64,000 bases of DNA from Candidatus Bathyarchaeota archaeon (GCA_963832745.1 CAWHVC010000003.1:160001-224000), one strand, 5' to 3'; counted from the stretch's first letter, positions 29,133-40,115 are shown. The notes: a model not told the origin generated them from the letters alone. Program-made: numbers and translations.

Positions 29133-30623
29133 TTAGCCCTTAACAACTGCCAGAGGCACAAGCCGCGCCACTTTAGTCGCTATACCAACTTGGTCACTAA
29201 CTTCCGCCACAACATCAACATTCTTGTACGCTGGGTCGGCTTCCTCAGCTAGCACCATTGGACTTGCCGCTCGTACAACTATGCCGCGTTTTTCAAGGCT
29301 GGTTTTGATTTCTCCGCCCCAGTACTTGCGTTTAGCCGCGGAACGACTCATCATGCGTCCGGCGCCATGAGCGGTTGAGCCGAAGGTTAAATTCATAGCT
29401 TTTTGGCTACCAACCAGAACCCAAGAGCTTGTTCCCATACTGCCAGGGATAAGGACAGGTTGACCTTCGCTCCGGTAATCTGCAGCCACGTCAGGGTGCC
29501 CAGGCGGAAAAGCGCGTGTAGCACCTTTGCGGTGAACCCAAACCTTCTTTGTTACCCCGTCATCAACTTGGTGATTCTCAATTTTGGCAATGTTATGTGC
29601 AACATCGTAAACAAGTTTTAAGCCAAGTTTTTCAGCGTCTTGTTTTAGTACTTGCTGGAAGCTTTGACGTACCCAATGCATAATGGCTTGACGGTTTGCA
29701 AAAGCATAGTTTACTGCACAAGCCATTGCTTGATAATAGTTGTGTGCTTCAAGACTTGTTCCGGGAGCGCAGGCTAATTCGCGGTCTGGAACGGTAATGT
29801 GATATTTTTGGATGGCATGCTCCATGACGCGCAGGTAATCGGAGCAGACTTGGTGTCCGTAACCTCGAGAGCCACAGTGAATCATAACTGTTACTTGACC
29901 TTCATGGGTTATGCCGAAAGCTTTGGCAGTTTTTTGATTTAAAATTTTGTCGACTTTTTGGATTTCGAGAAAATGGTTACCTGAACCTAAAGTGCCGATT
30001 TGTGTTAAACCTCGGCTTTTAGCGGTTTTGGAAACCATGTCAGGATTCGCGTTTGCCATGCAACCTTGTTCTTCACAATGCTCAGCGTCTTCCTTCCAGC
30101 CTAAACCGCGTTCGATTAGATAGTTTACGCCGTCAATACTTAGACGGTCTAGTTCACTGTTACTGACCGTGAAGTCTTTTCTGCGGCTACCCAACCCTGA
30201 GGGGACATTATGAAAAATGCTTTCAGCCAGAGCAGGCAAATGTGGCCTTATGTCTTCTTCGGAAAGGTTTGATGCTAAAAGCCTAACGCCGCAGTTAATA
30301 TCATATCCGACGCCGCCGGGGCTTATGACGCCTTCATTGTAATCGGTTGCTGCTACTCCTCCAATGGGGAAACCGTAGCCTTCATGTCCATCGGGCAACG
30401 TTATAGCATGCTTGTATATGCCGGGAAGCTGTGCAACATTGGAACATTGCCAAAGGGTGCGGTCTGTTTGCATCTTTTCCAGTAACGCTTGATTAGCAAA
30501 AACCATGCCTGGAACACGCATAGCCTGCTTGTACTGTGGAATCTTCCAGATGTAATCGGTAACTTTTTCCAGAGGAATATGCTCTGGTGCTGCTCGATCT
30601 TCGCCTTCGCCCAAAAATTTCAC
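29133..30623 (-). CDS. rtcB: tRNA-splicing ligase RtcB
   Basis: PDGHEGYGFPIG, GYDINCG, GNHFLE, HRKGA, HGAGR. Confidence 0.97.
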   Translation of the reverse strand: MKFLGEGEDRAAPEHIPLEKVTDYIWKIPQYKQAMRVPGMVFANQALLEKMQTDRTLWQCSNVAQLPGIYKHAITLPDGHEGYGFPIGGVAATDYNEGVISPGGVGYDINCGVRLLASNLSEEDIRPHLPALAESIFHNVPSGLGSRRKDFTVSNSELDRLSIDGVNYLIERGLGWKEDAEHCEEQGCMANANPDMVSKTAKSRGLTQIGTLGSGNHFLEIQKVDKILNQKTAKAFGITHEGQVTVMIHCGSRGYGHQVCSDYLRVMEHAIQKYHITVPDRELACAPGTSLEAHNYYQAMACAVNYAFANRQAIMHWVRQSFQQVLKQDAEKLGLKLVYDVAHNIAKIENHQVDDGVTKKVWVHRKGATRAFPPGHPDVAADYRSEGQPVLIPGSMGTSSWVLVGSQKAMNLTFGSTAHGAGRMMSRSAAKRKYWGGEIKTSLEKRGIVVRAASPMVLAEEADPAYKNVDVVAEVSDQVGIATKVARLVPLAVVKG

Positions 30624-30659
30624 CAGCTACAGAGAAAAGAAGGAGAAGTTATAAAATGT

Positions 30660-31584
30660 TTAGGAAACCTGTTTTGCTTGGGCTTTCTTGACGTATTCCA
30701 CAAAACCGTGGATGCTGTTTTCTATTGCGGTTTTAGCGTAAATCTTGTTTTGCTGCAAGAAGCTTGAAAGCCGATTCATAACGGGGTCTTCAGTAAGAAC
30801 ACGTTCAGTAATCTGCTCAAACGTTTGGTTTTGCATTACTGCATCCTGAACAATTCTATCCCACATCAACAGTTGCGCCTTGTAGCCGCGTAAACGTCGA
30901 ACAGCATCGTCTGCTTTTCCAAAGTGGCTATAGTACAACACGGAAGGTCGATAGTTGATAAGTTTGTCAATTGAAGCAACAGCGGATTCAAGATAAAACG
31001 GTGGAGGCGTGGTTGGTGATACTTCGTTGAATTCTGGGAAGTAAGTGCCTGCTGCGTCGCCTGGAAAGATTCCGTTGTTAAAGTTTTCATGGAAACTTAA
31101 GTTGTGTGAAGCGTGACCTAAAGTTTCAAAAATGGTTAGTTTACCGCCATCACCAAGGTCAATTGTTCCTTCAGTTACTGACTCTATTCGGTTTTGAGGA
31201 ACAGGTTCAGGTTTTCCAAATACGTCGCTTACAAAGCCAAGTACAGATTGGGATGAAGGCCACAGTTTCTCGGGGTCAATCATGTGTGGCATGCCTCTTG
31301 GATGAACAAGTACTTTGGCGTTTGGCAGATGTTTAAGGAGAGTTCCTGCTCCGCCTCCGTGGTCAAGATGAATGTGTGTGATTGCGACGGTATCTACGTC
31401 TTCAGGGTTTATTTTTAACTCTGCCTAGACCGCAGAGTAGATTGGGTACTGAACTTGTGGGTCCTGACTCGATGAGCATGGTTTTTTTGGCGGTTTTAAT
31501 CACATAGCTTGCGATGAAGTTTTTGTAGCCGCCAGTTTCAAGGTCAATAAGGTAAAGGTTCTTTCCGATCTGTTTAGTATGCAT
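30660..31584 (-). pseudogene. MBL-fold metallo-hydrolase with one frameshift
   Basis: 31584 frame joins THIHLDHGGG...GHASH...GDAAG frame after one extra G near 31424. Confidence 0.8.
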
Positions 31585-31662
31585 GGTATACCCCAGTAAA
31601 TCATGGGTTTAAGATGTGTGTTGTAGCATAAACTTTTCCATGTCTACTCACAATAGAGAATG

Positions 31663-32913
31663 CTACAAATGAATTTTTGCAATCCAGAAATGTTGGTTGC
31701 CTGAAGCCTGATAAGTTGAATCCCAAGTACCAACACATATGAAGTCTCCATCGCCTGTTGTTATGATACGGCTTGGAGATGTAGAATGCTTCAATGTAAC
31801 AGGTCCAGCGTTAAACTCGGCTTCAACGTTTCCAAAATTATCGATTTTTGCAAACCAAGCAGTGTATGTTGTTCCTTCAATGTAAGAAATTTTTGTTGCA
31901 TTAGCTACTCCACCAATTAGGTAACCTCCTTCTTCTGCAGGGGCAATTGAATTAATATCGATAACGTTGGGGTAAGTTCGGTTCCAGAGCATTTTGCCTT
32001 CTGCGTCAGTTTTAACTATCCAACCTTGATCTGGACTGACCAAGCTGCCACTAAGAATGTAACCACCATCAGATGTGACTAAGCCGAATTCTTCATAGGC
32101 AGAAGATGCACCGTTTTCTTTGTAATCCTTTGACCATATTATTGTCCCATTGAAGTCAGTCTTTACAATCATGAACTTAGTTCCGCCACCAGAGGCTTGT
32201 CGACTAGTAAAGAAAACATAACCATCACTTACTTGTGACATTGAACTCGCAGGGCCTACATTAATGTCCTTGCTAAAGTAGACGTCACCAGTTTCATCGG
32301 TTTTTACTAAATAACTCTGGCTAAACCCGTGGTAATCCCAGTAGCGAGTCCATGTGCCGAATAACGTATAGCCACCATCGCTTGTCTGAGAAACTATGTT
32401 GAAAACGTTATTTTTAGCATATAAAGAACCAGCATATGTTTGTGTCCAGTTAACTTCTCCAGAGGAATCAAGTTTAATGAGGCAAAACCTACTAAAGGGA
32501 TTTTCATAATCCGAAGAGTTAGTTACACCGCCAACTACTACATAACCTCCGTCTCTTGTTTGAGCTATTGTACTTAAGGTTGGGGTTAACCCTAGAATTT
32601 GGAAAGATTTCTTCCACTGCACGTTTCCTACACTATCAGTCTTAACTATGATAGGCTGTTCATTCATGAATATAGGTTCATTCAATTCATCTTTTGAGAT
32701 AACAGCAGTTGTTCCAAGTGCCAAGTATCCCCCATCTGATGTTTCGATTACACTTTTCCCAGAAAATCCAGGCAAAAACTGCTGCCACACTATCTGAAGG
32801 CTACCGCCGTTACCAACTGGTTTTGGAGAAAACACGGAAAAAGCAAGTATTGACACAGTCACTAAAGCTACGAGTAAGATGGATATAGCGATTAATCTGC
32901 GTAACCTTTGCAT
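31663..32913 (-). CDS. Exported repeat (beta-propeller-like) protein
   Basis: Signal anchor; repeated TxDGGY and vKTDxxG...W units. Confidence 0.75.
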   Translation of the reverse strand: MQRLRRLIAISILLVALVTVSILAFSVFSPKPVGNGGSLQIVWQQFLPGFSGKSVIETSDGGYLALGTTAVISKDELNEPIFMNEQPIIVKTDSVGNVQWKKSFQILGLTPTLSTIAQTRDGGYVVVGGVTNSSDYENPFSRFCLIKLDSSGEVNWTQTYAGSLYAKNNVFNIVSQTSDGGYTLFGTWTRYWDYHGFSQSYLVKTDETGDVYFSKDINVGPASSMSQVSDGYVFFTSRQASGGGTKFMIVKTDFNGTIIWSKDYKENGASSAYEEFGLVTSDGGYILSGSLVSPDQGWIVKTDAEGKMLWNRTYPNVIDINSIAPAEEGGYLIGGVANATKISYIEGTTYTAWFAKIDNFGNVEAEFNAGPVTLKHSTSPSRIITTGDGDFICVGTWDSTYQASGNQHFWIAKIHL

Positions 32914-33191
32914 AATGAAAAGTGCATTGCCTCCACCCTAAAAGCATTAGGGATATCTTGACAAAGATAACAAAATTGTTGGACCCAGCAAGTTATTTAC
33001 ATTCTGAACTGCAGAACCTCAAATTACTGAGCAGCCCAGGGTTGTAAGAAACTCAGCGGCAACAACAACCAAAGAAAAACCGTGGTCAAGCGTTTACTTG
33101 TTAAGCAAATAGCAGAAAGGGCTGTGTTGATAACAAAACTTAATTATTAACTGCTTAAATATTCACAAAGCAACTAACGGGTGTTAGATTC

Positions 33192-33845
33192 ATGAACGCT
33201 ATTATCTTTGGAGCACCAGGCGCAGGTAAGGGCACTTACTCTACAAGGCTTAAAGCCAAGCTTGGTGTCGAAGTTATTGCCATGGGAGACATCTTCCGTG
33301 AGCAGGTAAAAGAAAACTCTGAGTTAGGCAAAAAAGTAAAGAGTTTCGTAGAAAAAGGCGCGCTTGTTTCTGACGAAATTGTTATTGAAGTACTAAAGGC
33401 ACATTTATCCAAAATCCCCCGAGGCACAAGCATTATTCTTGATGGTTTTCCAAGAACGCTTGAGCAAGCAAAAGCTCTTGAAGCAATTTTTAAACTTGAC
33501 GTTATCTTGCTGCTTGATGTGCCTGACTGGATAATAATTGAACGGCTTTCTTCACGTAGAGTCTGCAAGAACTGTGGCACCGTCTATAACATTAGGTTCC
33601 TTAAACCTAAAGTTGAAGGTGTCTGTGATAAATGCGGTGGAGAACTCTACCAACGCGCAGACGACAACCCTGAAGTCATAAAGAACAGACTAAAAATTTA
33701 TCAAGACCAAACCAGTCCGTTGCTTGTCTACTATAAAGAAAAGAAAGTGCCGATCATCATTTCAAAGACAACTGCTGTTGACACGCCGCCAGAGCCACTT
33801 GTCGAGCAGATGCTTGAAGAATTAAGAAAGCTGAAATTAGCTTAA
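33192..33845 (+). CDS. adk: Adenylate kinase (Zn-lid type)
   Basis: GAPGAGKGT, LDGFPR, CKNC..CDKC lid. Confidence 0.95.
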   Translation: MNAIIFGAPGAGKGTYSTRLKAKLGVEVIAMGDIFREQVKENSELGKKVKSFVEKGALVSDEIVIEVLKAHLSKIPRGTSIILDGFPRTLEQAKALEAIFKLDVILLLDVPDWIIIERLSSRRVCKNCGTVYNIRFLKPKVEGVCDKCGGELYQRADDNPEVIKNRLKIYQDQTSPLLVYYKEKKVPIIISKTTAVDTPPEPLVEQMLEELRKLKLA

Positions 33846-34300
33846 ATATCCAAAATAAACTCTAAAACAACCTTTTCTTTTTCGTGAATAACAACCATCA
33901 AATGGTAGGTTACTGCTTTAACAGCTACTTTTTGAAGATGCTTTTTTGGGTTAAACTTTTCGCCCCAAACTTGAGCGGTTATTTTGAATGAATCAGGTGT
34001 TTCCGTCCAATCGGTAATCTGGAATTTTGAGTAAAGCATACCTTTGGTTTCAGAGGACACTAGCAAAGCCTCAAGCCAATTATAAAGTAGCGCATACTGG
34101 TCTTCTGCTTCCACGGTAAAGGTTTCTTCTACCTTTTGGGCAACCTTACCGGTTTTAGTTATGGTTTCAAACAGGGCTAACGCAGCGTTCTCGTATGCTT
34201 CCTGCATTGTTAAACCAAAAGCTCTAACGTAAACGTCTGCCGTGTGCTCTAAAAATTCAAATTTTCCTTCAAACTGTTTTGCGCTCATTCCAAAATTCAC
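33842..34300 (-). CDS. Archease
   Basis: EHTAD, VKAVTYH, terminal LDI. Confidence 0.95.
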   Translation of the reverse strand: MNFGMSAKQFEGKFEFLEHTADVYVRAFGLTMQEAYENAALALFETITKTGKVAQKVEETFTVEAEDQYALLYNWLEALLVSSETKGMLYSKFQITDWTETPDSFKITAQVWGEKFNPKKHLQKVAVKAVTYHLMVVIHEKEKVVLEFILDI

Positions 34301-34366
34301 ACGCCTACCTATTGAGGTGCCACTTCTAAAAACGCTTTCCCCAAAACAAAAAAAGAAAAAACGGGT

Positions 34367-34819
34367 TTACATCTTTTCAAGGGCAAGAAAATCTTTTACA
34401 GCTGATTTGATAAGTTTTGTGCAGACCTTTTCAAACACTTGGTCCTGTTTTGCTTTGGCAAAACCTTCAGGAGTTGACAAGTCACGCTCAATAAGTGCAC
34501 TGCACATGACGCTACCATGCTGCTTCTCAAACTGTTTAAGGAGGACACATGTTTTGTCGTAGCAGTCTACCTTCTTTTTAAGGTCAACTTCGTTTGCACC
34601 GTATTTTAAGCCGACAGCCATTATTGCACCTGTTAAAGCGCCGCAGACGTTTCCGCATCGTCCCATGCCGCCGCCAAAGCCGGTGGCGATTTTCGGGATA
34701 GCCAGGTTTTTCTCATGAGGATTGATGTACTCGTAAAGTGTCAGCAAGACTGCTTGGGCGCAGTTGTAGCCATCAAGATGACGTTTTGCGGCTTTTTCAC
34801 CAAGAGCTTCAGCAGACAT
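34367..34819 (-). CDS. C-GCAxxG-C-C family putative redox protein
   Basis: YNCAQ, GFGGG, CGALTG, two further Cys. Confidence 0.9.
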   Translation of the reverse strand: MSAEALGEKAAKRHLDGYNCAQAVLLTLYEYINPHEKNLAIPKIATGFGGGMGRCGNVCGALTGAIMAVGLKYGANEVDLKKKVDCYDKTCVLLKQFEKQHGSVMCSALIERDLSTPEGFAKAKQDQVFEKVCTKLIKSAVKDFLALEKM

Positions 34820-34829
34820 TTAGATGCCT

Positions 34830-35876
34830 TCAGAAATGTTTTGAGATTTTTTTGATTGCTGCGGCGGCGAGTTTTGCAGAGTTTTCGATATCTTTTAGGT
34901 TTAGCACTGCAGCGGCGCTGTGGATGTAACGTGTCGGGATTGAGATGGTTCCGCTTGGAATGCCTTGACGTGTCAGGGAGATTCTTGCTGCGTCTGTGCT
35001 GCCCATTAAGCCGGATTCAAGTTGGACAGCAATTTTTTCTTCCTCCGCCGTATCCAGCAGCCACCGAAACACTTTGGGGTGAGTGATTAATCCTGAATCG
35101 TACACGGTTAACGCAGGGCCTTTGCCTGTTTTTACGCTTGTATCATACTCGCGAACGCCTGGAACATCACCTGCAACGGTTACGTCTAACGCTAAGGCAA
35201 CATCTGGGTCAACCCCGAAAGCCGCTGTACCTGCGCCACGCAAACCGACCTCTTCTTGAACAGTGCCGACGGCGCATACGGTGCAGTCTGTTTCTCCTAA
35301 AAGCTTGAGTGTTTCAACCATTGCGAGGCATCCAGCTCGGTTGTCAAAAGCTTTGCCCATAACCAAGTCCTTGTTTAAAGCCACATATTTTACGTCAAAA
35401 GCCACTGGGTCACCGACGGATATGCCCATTTTTGCCGCTGCTTCACGGTTTTCAGCACCAACATCAATGAAAAGGTCGTCGAATGCTAAGACTTTTCTGC
35501 GTTCTTCCTCTTTTTGGATGTGAGGCGGTTTTGACCCAACTATACCAGGGTAGATGTCGCCTTTTTTGGTGTAGACGGCTACTCTTTGGGCGGGCAGGAT
35601 GCGATCGTCTATGCCGCCGATTTTGGAAAACTGTAGAAAACCTTCTTTGGTTATGGTTTTTACCATTAAGCCGACTTCGTCCATGTGGGCTGCAAGCATA
35701 ATTTTTGGTGAACCCTTTTTGCCCTTCTTTACGGCGATGACGTTTTCTAGCCTGTCAACGGTTATTTCGTCGACGTATGGTTTCATTAGGGTAATCATGA
35801 GTTCTCGAACGTTGATTTCGTTGCCTGTTACTCCGCAGGCGTTTGATAGTTTCTCTAAATTCTCGTTTAAAGACAA
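34830..35876 (-). CDS. M42 (TET) aminopeptidase
   Basis: AHMDEVG, KAFDNR, QEEVG, RYIHS. Confidence 0.94.
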   Translation of the reverse strand: MSLNENLEKLSNACGVTGNEINVRELMITLMKPYVDEITVDRLENVIAVKKGKKGSPKIMLAAHMDEVGLMVKTITKEGFLQFSKIGGIDDRILPAQRVAVYTKKGDIYPGIVGSKPPHIQKEEERRKVLAFDDLFIDVGAENREAAAKMGISVGDPVAFDVKYVALNKDLVMGKAFDNRAGCLAMVETLKLLGETDCTVCAVGTVQEEVGLRGAGTAAFGVDPDVALALDVTVAGDVPGVREYDTSVKTGKGPALTVYDSGLITHPKVFRWLLDTAEEEKIAVQLESGLMGSTDAARISLTRQGIPSGTISIPTRYIHSAAAVLNLKDIENSAKLAAAAIKKISKHF

Positions 35877-35989
35877 GTAACTGCGCCTTCTTAGCTTATT
35901 GTATAGCTTAACTTCTAAAAGATGAGTCTTTAAAGAATTATGGTGCAGGAAAAATGGAAAAATAATGGTTTCTGTTTTAGGGGTAGGTT

Positions 35990-36217
35990 TTAGGTTGAGT
36001 ATCTTGGGGGTGAATGGTAGCTTCGGCGGTTGTTGTTACTGTAATATTCAACCAGCAATACAATGCCTTGTATAAGCAAAAACAAACCAATTATGTAGCC
36101 TACAAGTTCAGGCACAATGAACAATACAACCCCAAAGATTATGCATATCACAGCTAAAACAGGTTTAGATACGCTAATTCCAAATCTCTTTAAGCCCTTA
36201 TCAATTACATCGGTCAA
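35990..36217 (-). CDS. Small two-TM protein (DUF3096-like)
   Basis: IIFGVVLFIVPELVGYIIGLFLLIQG; TTG start after GAGG. Confidence 0.65.
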   Translation of the reverse strand: MTDVIDKGLKRFGISVSKPVLAVICIIFGVVLFIVPELVGYIIGLFLLIQGIVLLVEYYSNNNRRSYHSPPRYST

Positions 36218-36281
36218 AAGTTTTAAGCCTCCTCTACACGACAAGTAAAAGGCAGATAAAAAATTATTGGAAAATCGTCTT

Positions 36282-36752
36282 TTAAACCTGCACTGTTGAC
36301 TGCAACCGTTTAGGGTTAAGCAGAAGATCAAACCCGTCTAAAATGTTGTTAACACAAATGTCTGCAGAGGTTAACGCGGATACTGAGCATCCTTCATTGC
36401 CAACCACTGCAATCCCCAACCGTGCGGCTTTGAGCATCTTTGCGTCGTTTACACCGTTACCGAACGCAACCACTTTTTCAACGCCTAACTGTTTCACAAA
36501 ATCTTCTTTTTGCTGGTCTAGTTTGGGCCCTGCTACTTTTTGGATTCTGCAAGGCACATTGATTAGATGGGTTTTTGCTGTACCGAAAGTGTCGGCGGTT
36601 AAAATTATGATTTTTAAAAATTTGCTTGCAGCTTCCAGTTTATCTTTAACGCCGGAAAGGAGTTTACCGTCGAGGGTGAGGGTGCCGGTATAATCTGTAA
36701 CTAAATATTCCAGTGTAACTTTGCCAAATCCGGGAATGTCTAATTCAAACAT
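36282..36752 (-). CDS. Soluble P-type-ATPase-like HAD phosphatase
   Basis: DYTGTL, TADTFG, GNGVND. Confidence 0.88.
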   Translation of the reverse strand: MFELDIPGFGKVTLEYLVTDYTGTLTLDGKLLSGVKDKLEAASKFLKIIILTADTFGTAKTHLINVPCRIQKVAGPKLDQQKEDFVKQLGVEKVVAFGNGVNDAKMLKAARLGIAVVGNEGCSVSALTSADICVNNILDGFDLLLNPKRLQSTVQV

Positions 36753-36883
36753 GCGTAAACCTCTGCAACCATAGCTTCAGTACTGCTTTTTTGGTTTATG
36801 TTGCCATTAGGCTTTTTGGGTCATCTAAAGATAGACAATTCTTAAATTGTTAAACTGTATTCCAAACTGGTTAGGTGCAAAAA

Positions 36884-37816
36884 ATGGCGCAACCAAGTTT
36901 CAAAACAGTTTTCGTTTTTCTTGACACTGATAAATATTGCAGTCCATTCGACATGCTAGTCGCAATCGATTGCTTCCCAGACTCAATGATATTTAAATAC
37001 GAAAATGTAACAAGCGAAGATGCTCCAAAGATTGTCTTTGACCTGCTCTTCCCACGTGGCCCAGCAGGCGCGGCACATACTAAAATCTTCATCAATGGTA
37101 GCAACTTTGAAGAAGTAGAAAAAGTCGTCGCAGCCACCCAGAAAGCCATGAAATCCGCTCCATGGGGAAACAGCATCATCGTTGACCCAAGAGGAGGATA
37201 CAGCACAGCCGCAGCAGCAGTAGCAAAAACGTTTGGTGCATCAATGGAAAAAGGCTTAGGCAGTCTTGAAGGCAAAAAAGTTACTGTCCTCGCAGGCACT
37301 GGTCCAGTCGGTCAAACAGCCGCACGCATTTACGCTGCAGAAAAAGCAGACGTAACAATTACCAGCCGCAGTTTAGCCAAAGGGCAAATTGTTGCCGACA
37401 AAATTAACGCTGAAGTTGGCGCAGAAAGAGTTAAAGTTGTTGAGGTCAGCAAGCCTGAACAGACAGCCGCAGCAGTCAAGGATGCAGAAATCATTCTTTC
37501 AGCAGGCGCAGGCGGAATCCAACTCTTATCTAAATCAGATATTGATATTGCAACAAAATGCAAAATCATTGGAGACATCAACGCAATTAAGCCACTTGGT
37601 GTTGAAGGTTTAGGTCCTAACGATGATGGTATCGAACTTAAAGCGGGCGTTTTCGGCATTGGCGCTTTAGCTATTGGCAAACTGAAAATCAAGACTGAAA
37701 CAGAAATGATTAAACGCGCAACCGCTGAGGCAGCAGGGCTTTTCGATTACGCAATTGCTTACACTATCGCTAAAGACGCAATTCTAAAGAAGCTTGCAAA
37801 GGCAGCTGCAAAATAA
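36884..37816 (+). CDS. NAD(P)-dependent methylene-H4MPT dehydrogenase (MtdA/MtdB family)
   Basis: SPFD, FPRGP, DPRGGYSTAAA, GTGPVG, GALAIGKLK. Confidence 0.85.
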   Translation: MAQPSFKTVFVFLDTDKYCSPFDMLVAIDCFPDSMIFKYENVTSEDAPKIVFDLLFPRGPAGAAHTKIFINGSNFEEVEKVVAATQKAMKSAPWGNSIIVDPRGGYSTAAAAVAKTFGASMEKGLGSLEGKKVTVLAGTGPVGQTAARIYAAEKADVTITSRSLAKGQIVADKINAEVGAERVKVVEVSKPEQTAAAVKDAEIILSAGAGGIQLLSKSDIDIATKCKIIGDINAIKPLGVEGLGPNDDGIELKAGVFGIGALAIGKLKIKTETEMIKRATAEAAGLFDYAIAYTIAKDAILKKLAKAAAK

Positions 37817-37932
37817 GCAGCTTTTCAACATTTTTTCCTTTGTTAATGATTAAATTTATTTATGTTAAGTTACTTAATGGCGCTCATAATCCTTGGAATT
37901 TAAAAGGCACTAATAGAAGGATTTTGAGCTAA

Positions 37933-39051
37933 ATGAGTCTAGACGCAACAGCCACAACAAGTATACCATCTAATTCTACAGGTTTTCTAAGTGATACAAT
38001 TCAGCATACGCTAAATATTAGCCCTACAAACGCTGAACTTTTAGTTTCGTTAATAATATTAGGGATTGTTGGTCTTGTCGGTTGGACCGCCTACTTTATC
38101 ATCAGCAGATACGTCACTAACTTGACTAAAAAAACAGCCACCACTTTAGACGATAACATAGTGGCTTCGGTTAAAGTAATCATTATCATAATGATTATTG
38201 TTTTAGGCATCGAGTACTCATTATCGCCGCTTACATTCCTTCAACCATACAGTGGCACATTGAATAGCGTATTTTTGATTACACAAATCCTGCTTTCAGC
38301 ATACGCGGTTTCAAGAATCGCAAACGTTGTTACTGACTGGTTTGCAAGCAGAACAACAGTGCTATCGACTGGAAAAAGCAGTAACCACTTAATTTTCATT
38401 TTAAAGAAAGTCATTACGATAGTCATTTTCATTATTGCCGCAGTAATAATTTATAACTCTCTTGAACTTCAAGGAGCCTTAGAAACCACGCTTGTCGGCT
38501 TCGGAGTCGGTGGCATCGCTGTTGCTTTTGCACTTCAAAGCACTTTAAGCGACGTCTTCAGCGCATTCTCGCTTTACTTTGACCATCCCTTTGAAATCGG
38601 AGACTTTATCGTAGTAGGCGACTACAGCGGCACTGTCAAAAGCATCGGCATGAGGGCTACCAGAATCCAGTTGTTGCAGGGAGAGGAACTTGTGATTTCA
38701 AACAAGGAACTAACTTCAACAAGCATCCGTAACTTCAGGAAACTGGAAACAAGAAGGATAACCTTCACCATGGGCGTAACCTATGATACACCTTCTGAAA
38801 AACTAAAGAAAATTCCCACAATCATAGGTGACATCATAAAAAGCACTGAGAACGCAAAACTTGACCAAGTGCGCTTTACAGAATACGGCGATTTCAGCCT
38901 AAAATTCCTTATAATCTACTACGTCCAGTCAGCGGACTGGGGGGTTTACCTTATTGCGCAAGAAAAGATTAATTTCGCTATAAAAGAAGCATTCGAAAAG
39001 GAAGGTATAGAGATAGCGTTCCCAACAAGCGTAACCTACCTCAAAAAGTAG
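37933..39051 (+). CDS. mscS: Small-conductance mechanosensitive channel
   Basis: GIAVAFALQ, PFEIGDFI, GIEIAFP. Confidence 0.93.
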   Translation: MSLDATATTSIPSNSTGFLSDTIQHTLNISPTNAELLVSLIILGIVGLVGWTAYFIISRYVTNLTKKTATTLDDNIVASVKVIIIIMIIVLGIEYSLSPLTFLQPYSGTLNSVFLITQILLSAYAVSRIANVVTDWFASRTTVLSTGKSSNHLIFILKKVITIVIFIIAAVIIYNSLELQGALETTLVGFGVGGIAVAFALQSTLSDVFSAFSLYFDHPFEIGDFIVVGDYSGTVKSIGMRATRIQLLQGEELVISNKELTSTSIRNFRKLETRRITFTMGVTYDTPSEKLKKIPTIIGDIIKSTENAKLDQVRFTEYGDFSLKFLIIYYVQSADWGVYLIAQEKINFAIKEAFEKEGIEIAFPTSVTYLKK

Positions 39052-39097
39052 GTCCTTCACTTTTTAGTTTTTATTTTAAAACAAGAAAAAGGAAAGT

Positions 39098-39622
39098 TTA
39101 GTTTTCCTTTAGGGTAATATGGAAAGTTGTTGGTCCACCTGGCGGGAATAAGAGGAATACTGTGTAGCTTTTTTGGGTCGAGTCTCCGAACGTTTCAGTG
39201 TATGGCGAACCAGTCATCAATGTAAAGTCGGCACTTTTTATGTCACTTAAAATTGGGTACACGTCACCTGCTTTGCATGCGTTGTTTTGACCTTCATTCC
39301 AATAGCCATTGTAAATATAGATTTCAGTGTACGCACTTGCACCAGGCATTTTGGTAGCATTAATTGTTAACTGCATTTGCTGATTAGCAGCGACAGTAAA
39401 AGGCACATACACCATTGGCACAGATTCGTTAAGGAAACGCAGACAATTGCTTGAACCATTGACGGTTAAATCAAGGTCTCCTGTAGGTGACTGAGGCGTT
39501 CCAGCGGGGGCTAAATAGCAATAAGCCGCTGCGCCAGCCACGGCACAAATAACGATTATTACAGTTGTTATGGCAATTAATTTCCTGTTCATGCTCAATA
39601 TCATCCAGATCTTTTTGCGCAA
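39098..39622 (-). CDS. Hypothetical exported protein
   Basis: N-terminal TM and beta-rich domain. Confidence 0.65.
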   Translation of the reverse strand: MRKKIWMILSMNRKLIAITTVIIVICAVAGAAAYCYLAPAGTPQSPTGDLDLTVNGSSNCLRFLNESVPMVYVPFTVAANQQMQLTINATKMPGASAYTEIYIYNGYWNEGQNNACKAGDVYPILSDIKSADFTLMTGSPYTETFGDSTQKSYTVFLLFPPGGPTTFHITLKEN

Positions 39623-39723
39623 CCATTTGCCCCAAGCGCTATAAAATATTATCGCAAAAACGGCTATAAAGCACAGTTTAACACAAACGAGCAGTATATT
39701 GATTCACCTATGGCAACACCGTC

Positions 39724-39772
39724 ATATTAGGAGGCCTAATAACGGTTATATGCAGAAACCTATAGGGCAGGT
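39724..39772 (-). repeat. Dispersed intergenic repeat, copy 2
   Basis: TATGCAGAAACCTATAG at 39749-39765, preceded by TATTAGG-AGG-CCTAATA hairpin. Confidence 0.75.
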
Positions 39773-39857
39773 CAAAAACAGTTTTTTCAACACTTAGGCG
39801 TATTTTAGAAAAATATTAATCATAAAAAAGACTAAACAGTTAAGCAGGAGAAAAATT

Positions 39858-40115
39858 TTGCCAGAGAAACAAGAGAAGAAATCAAAACTGTTTTCAATCA
39901 AGTACTGCCCCAAATGCGGTTCAGACGAGGTTTATTGGGCTCAAGGCATGCCTCAACTTTGGTCAATTTGGGACTGCCACAACTGCGGCTACCGAGGACC
40001 AGTCATACTTGAAGACGGCAACATGGCAAAAAAACTGCGGACAGACTGGAAAACAAAACAGCAGAGCACCCCAGAAGTCCCAGAAAAGGACACAGACAAC
40101 GAAGAAAACGTTTAG
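39858..40115 (+). CDS. Small zinc-ribbon protein
   Basis: CPKCGS..WDCHNCGY; AGGAG RBS. Confidence 0.78.
   Translation: MPEKQEKKSKLFSIKYCPKCGSDEVYWAQGMPQLWSIWDCHNCGYRGPVILEDGNMAKKLRTDWKTKQQSTPEVPEKDTDNEENV

Noticed and set aside
29133-34300. rtcB and archease proximity
   Set aside because: Well-known functional pair.
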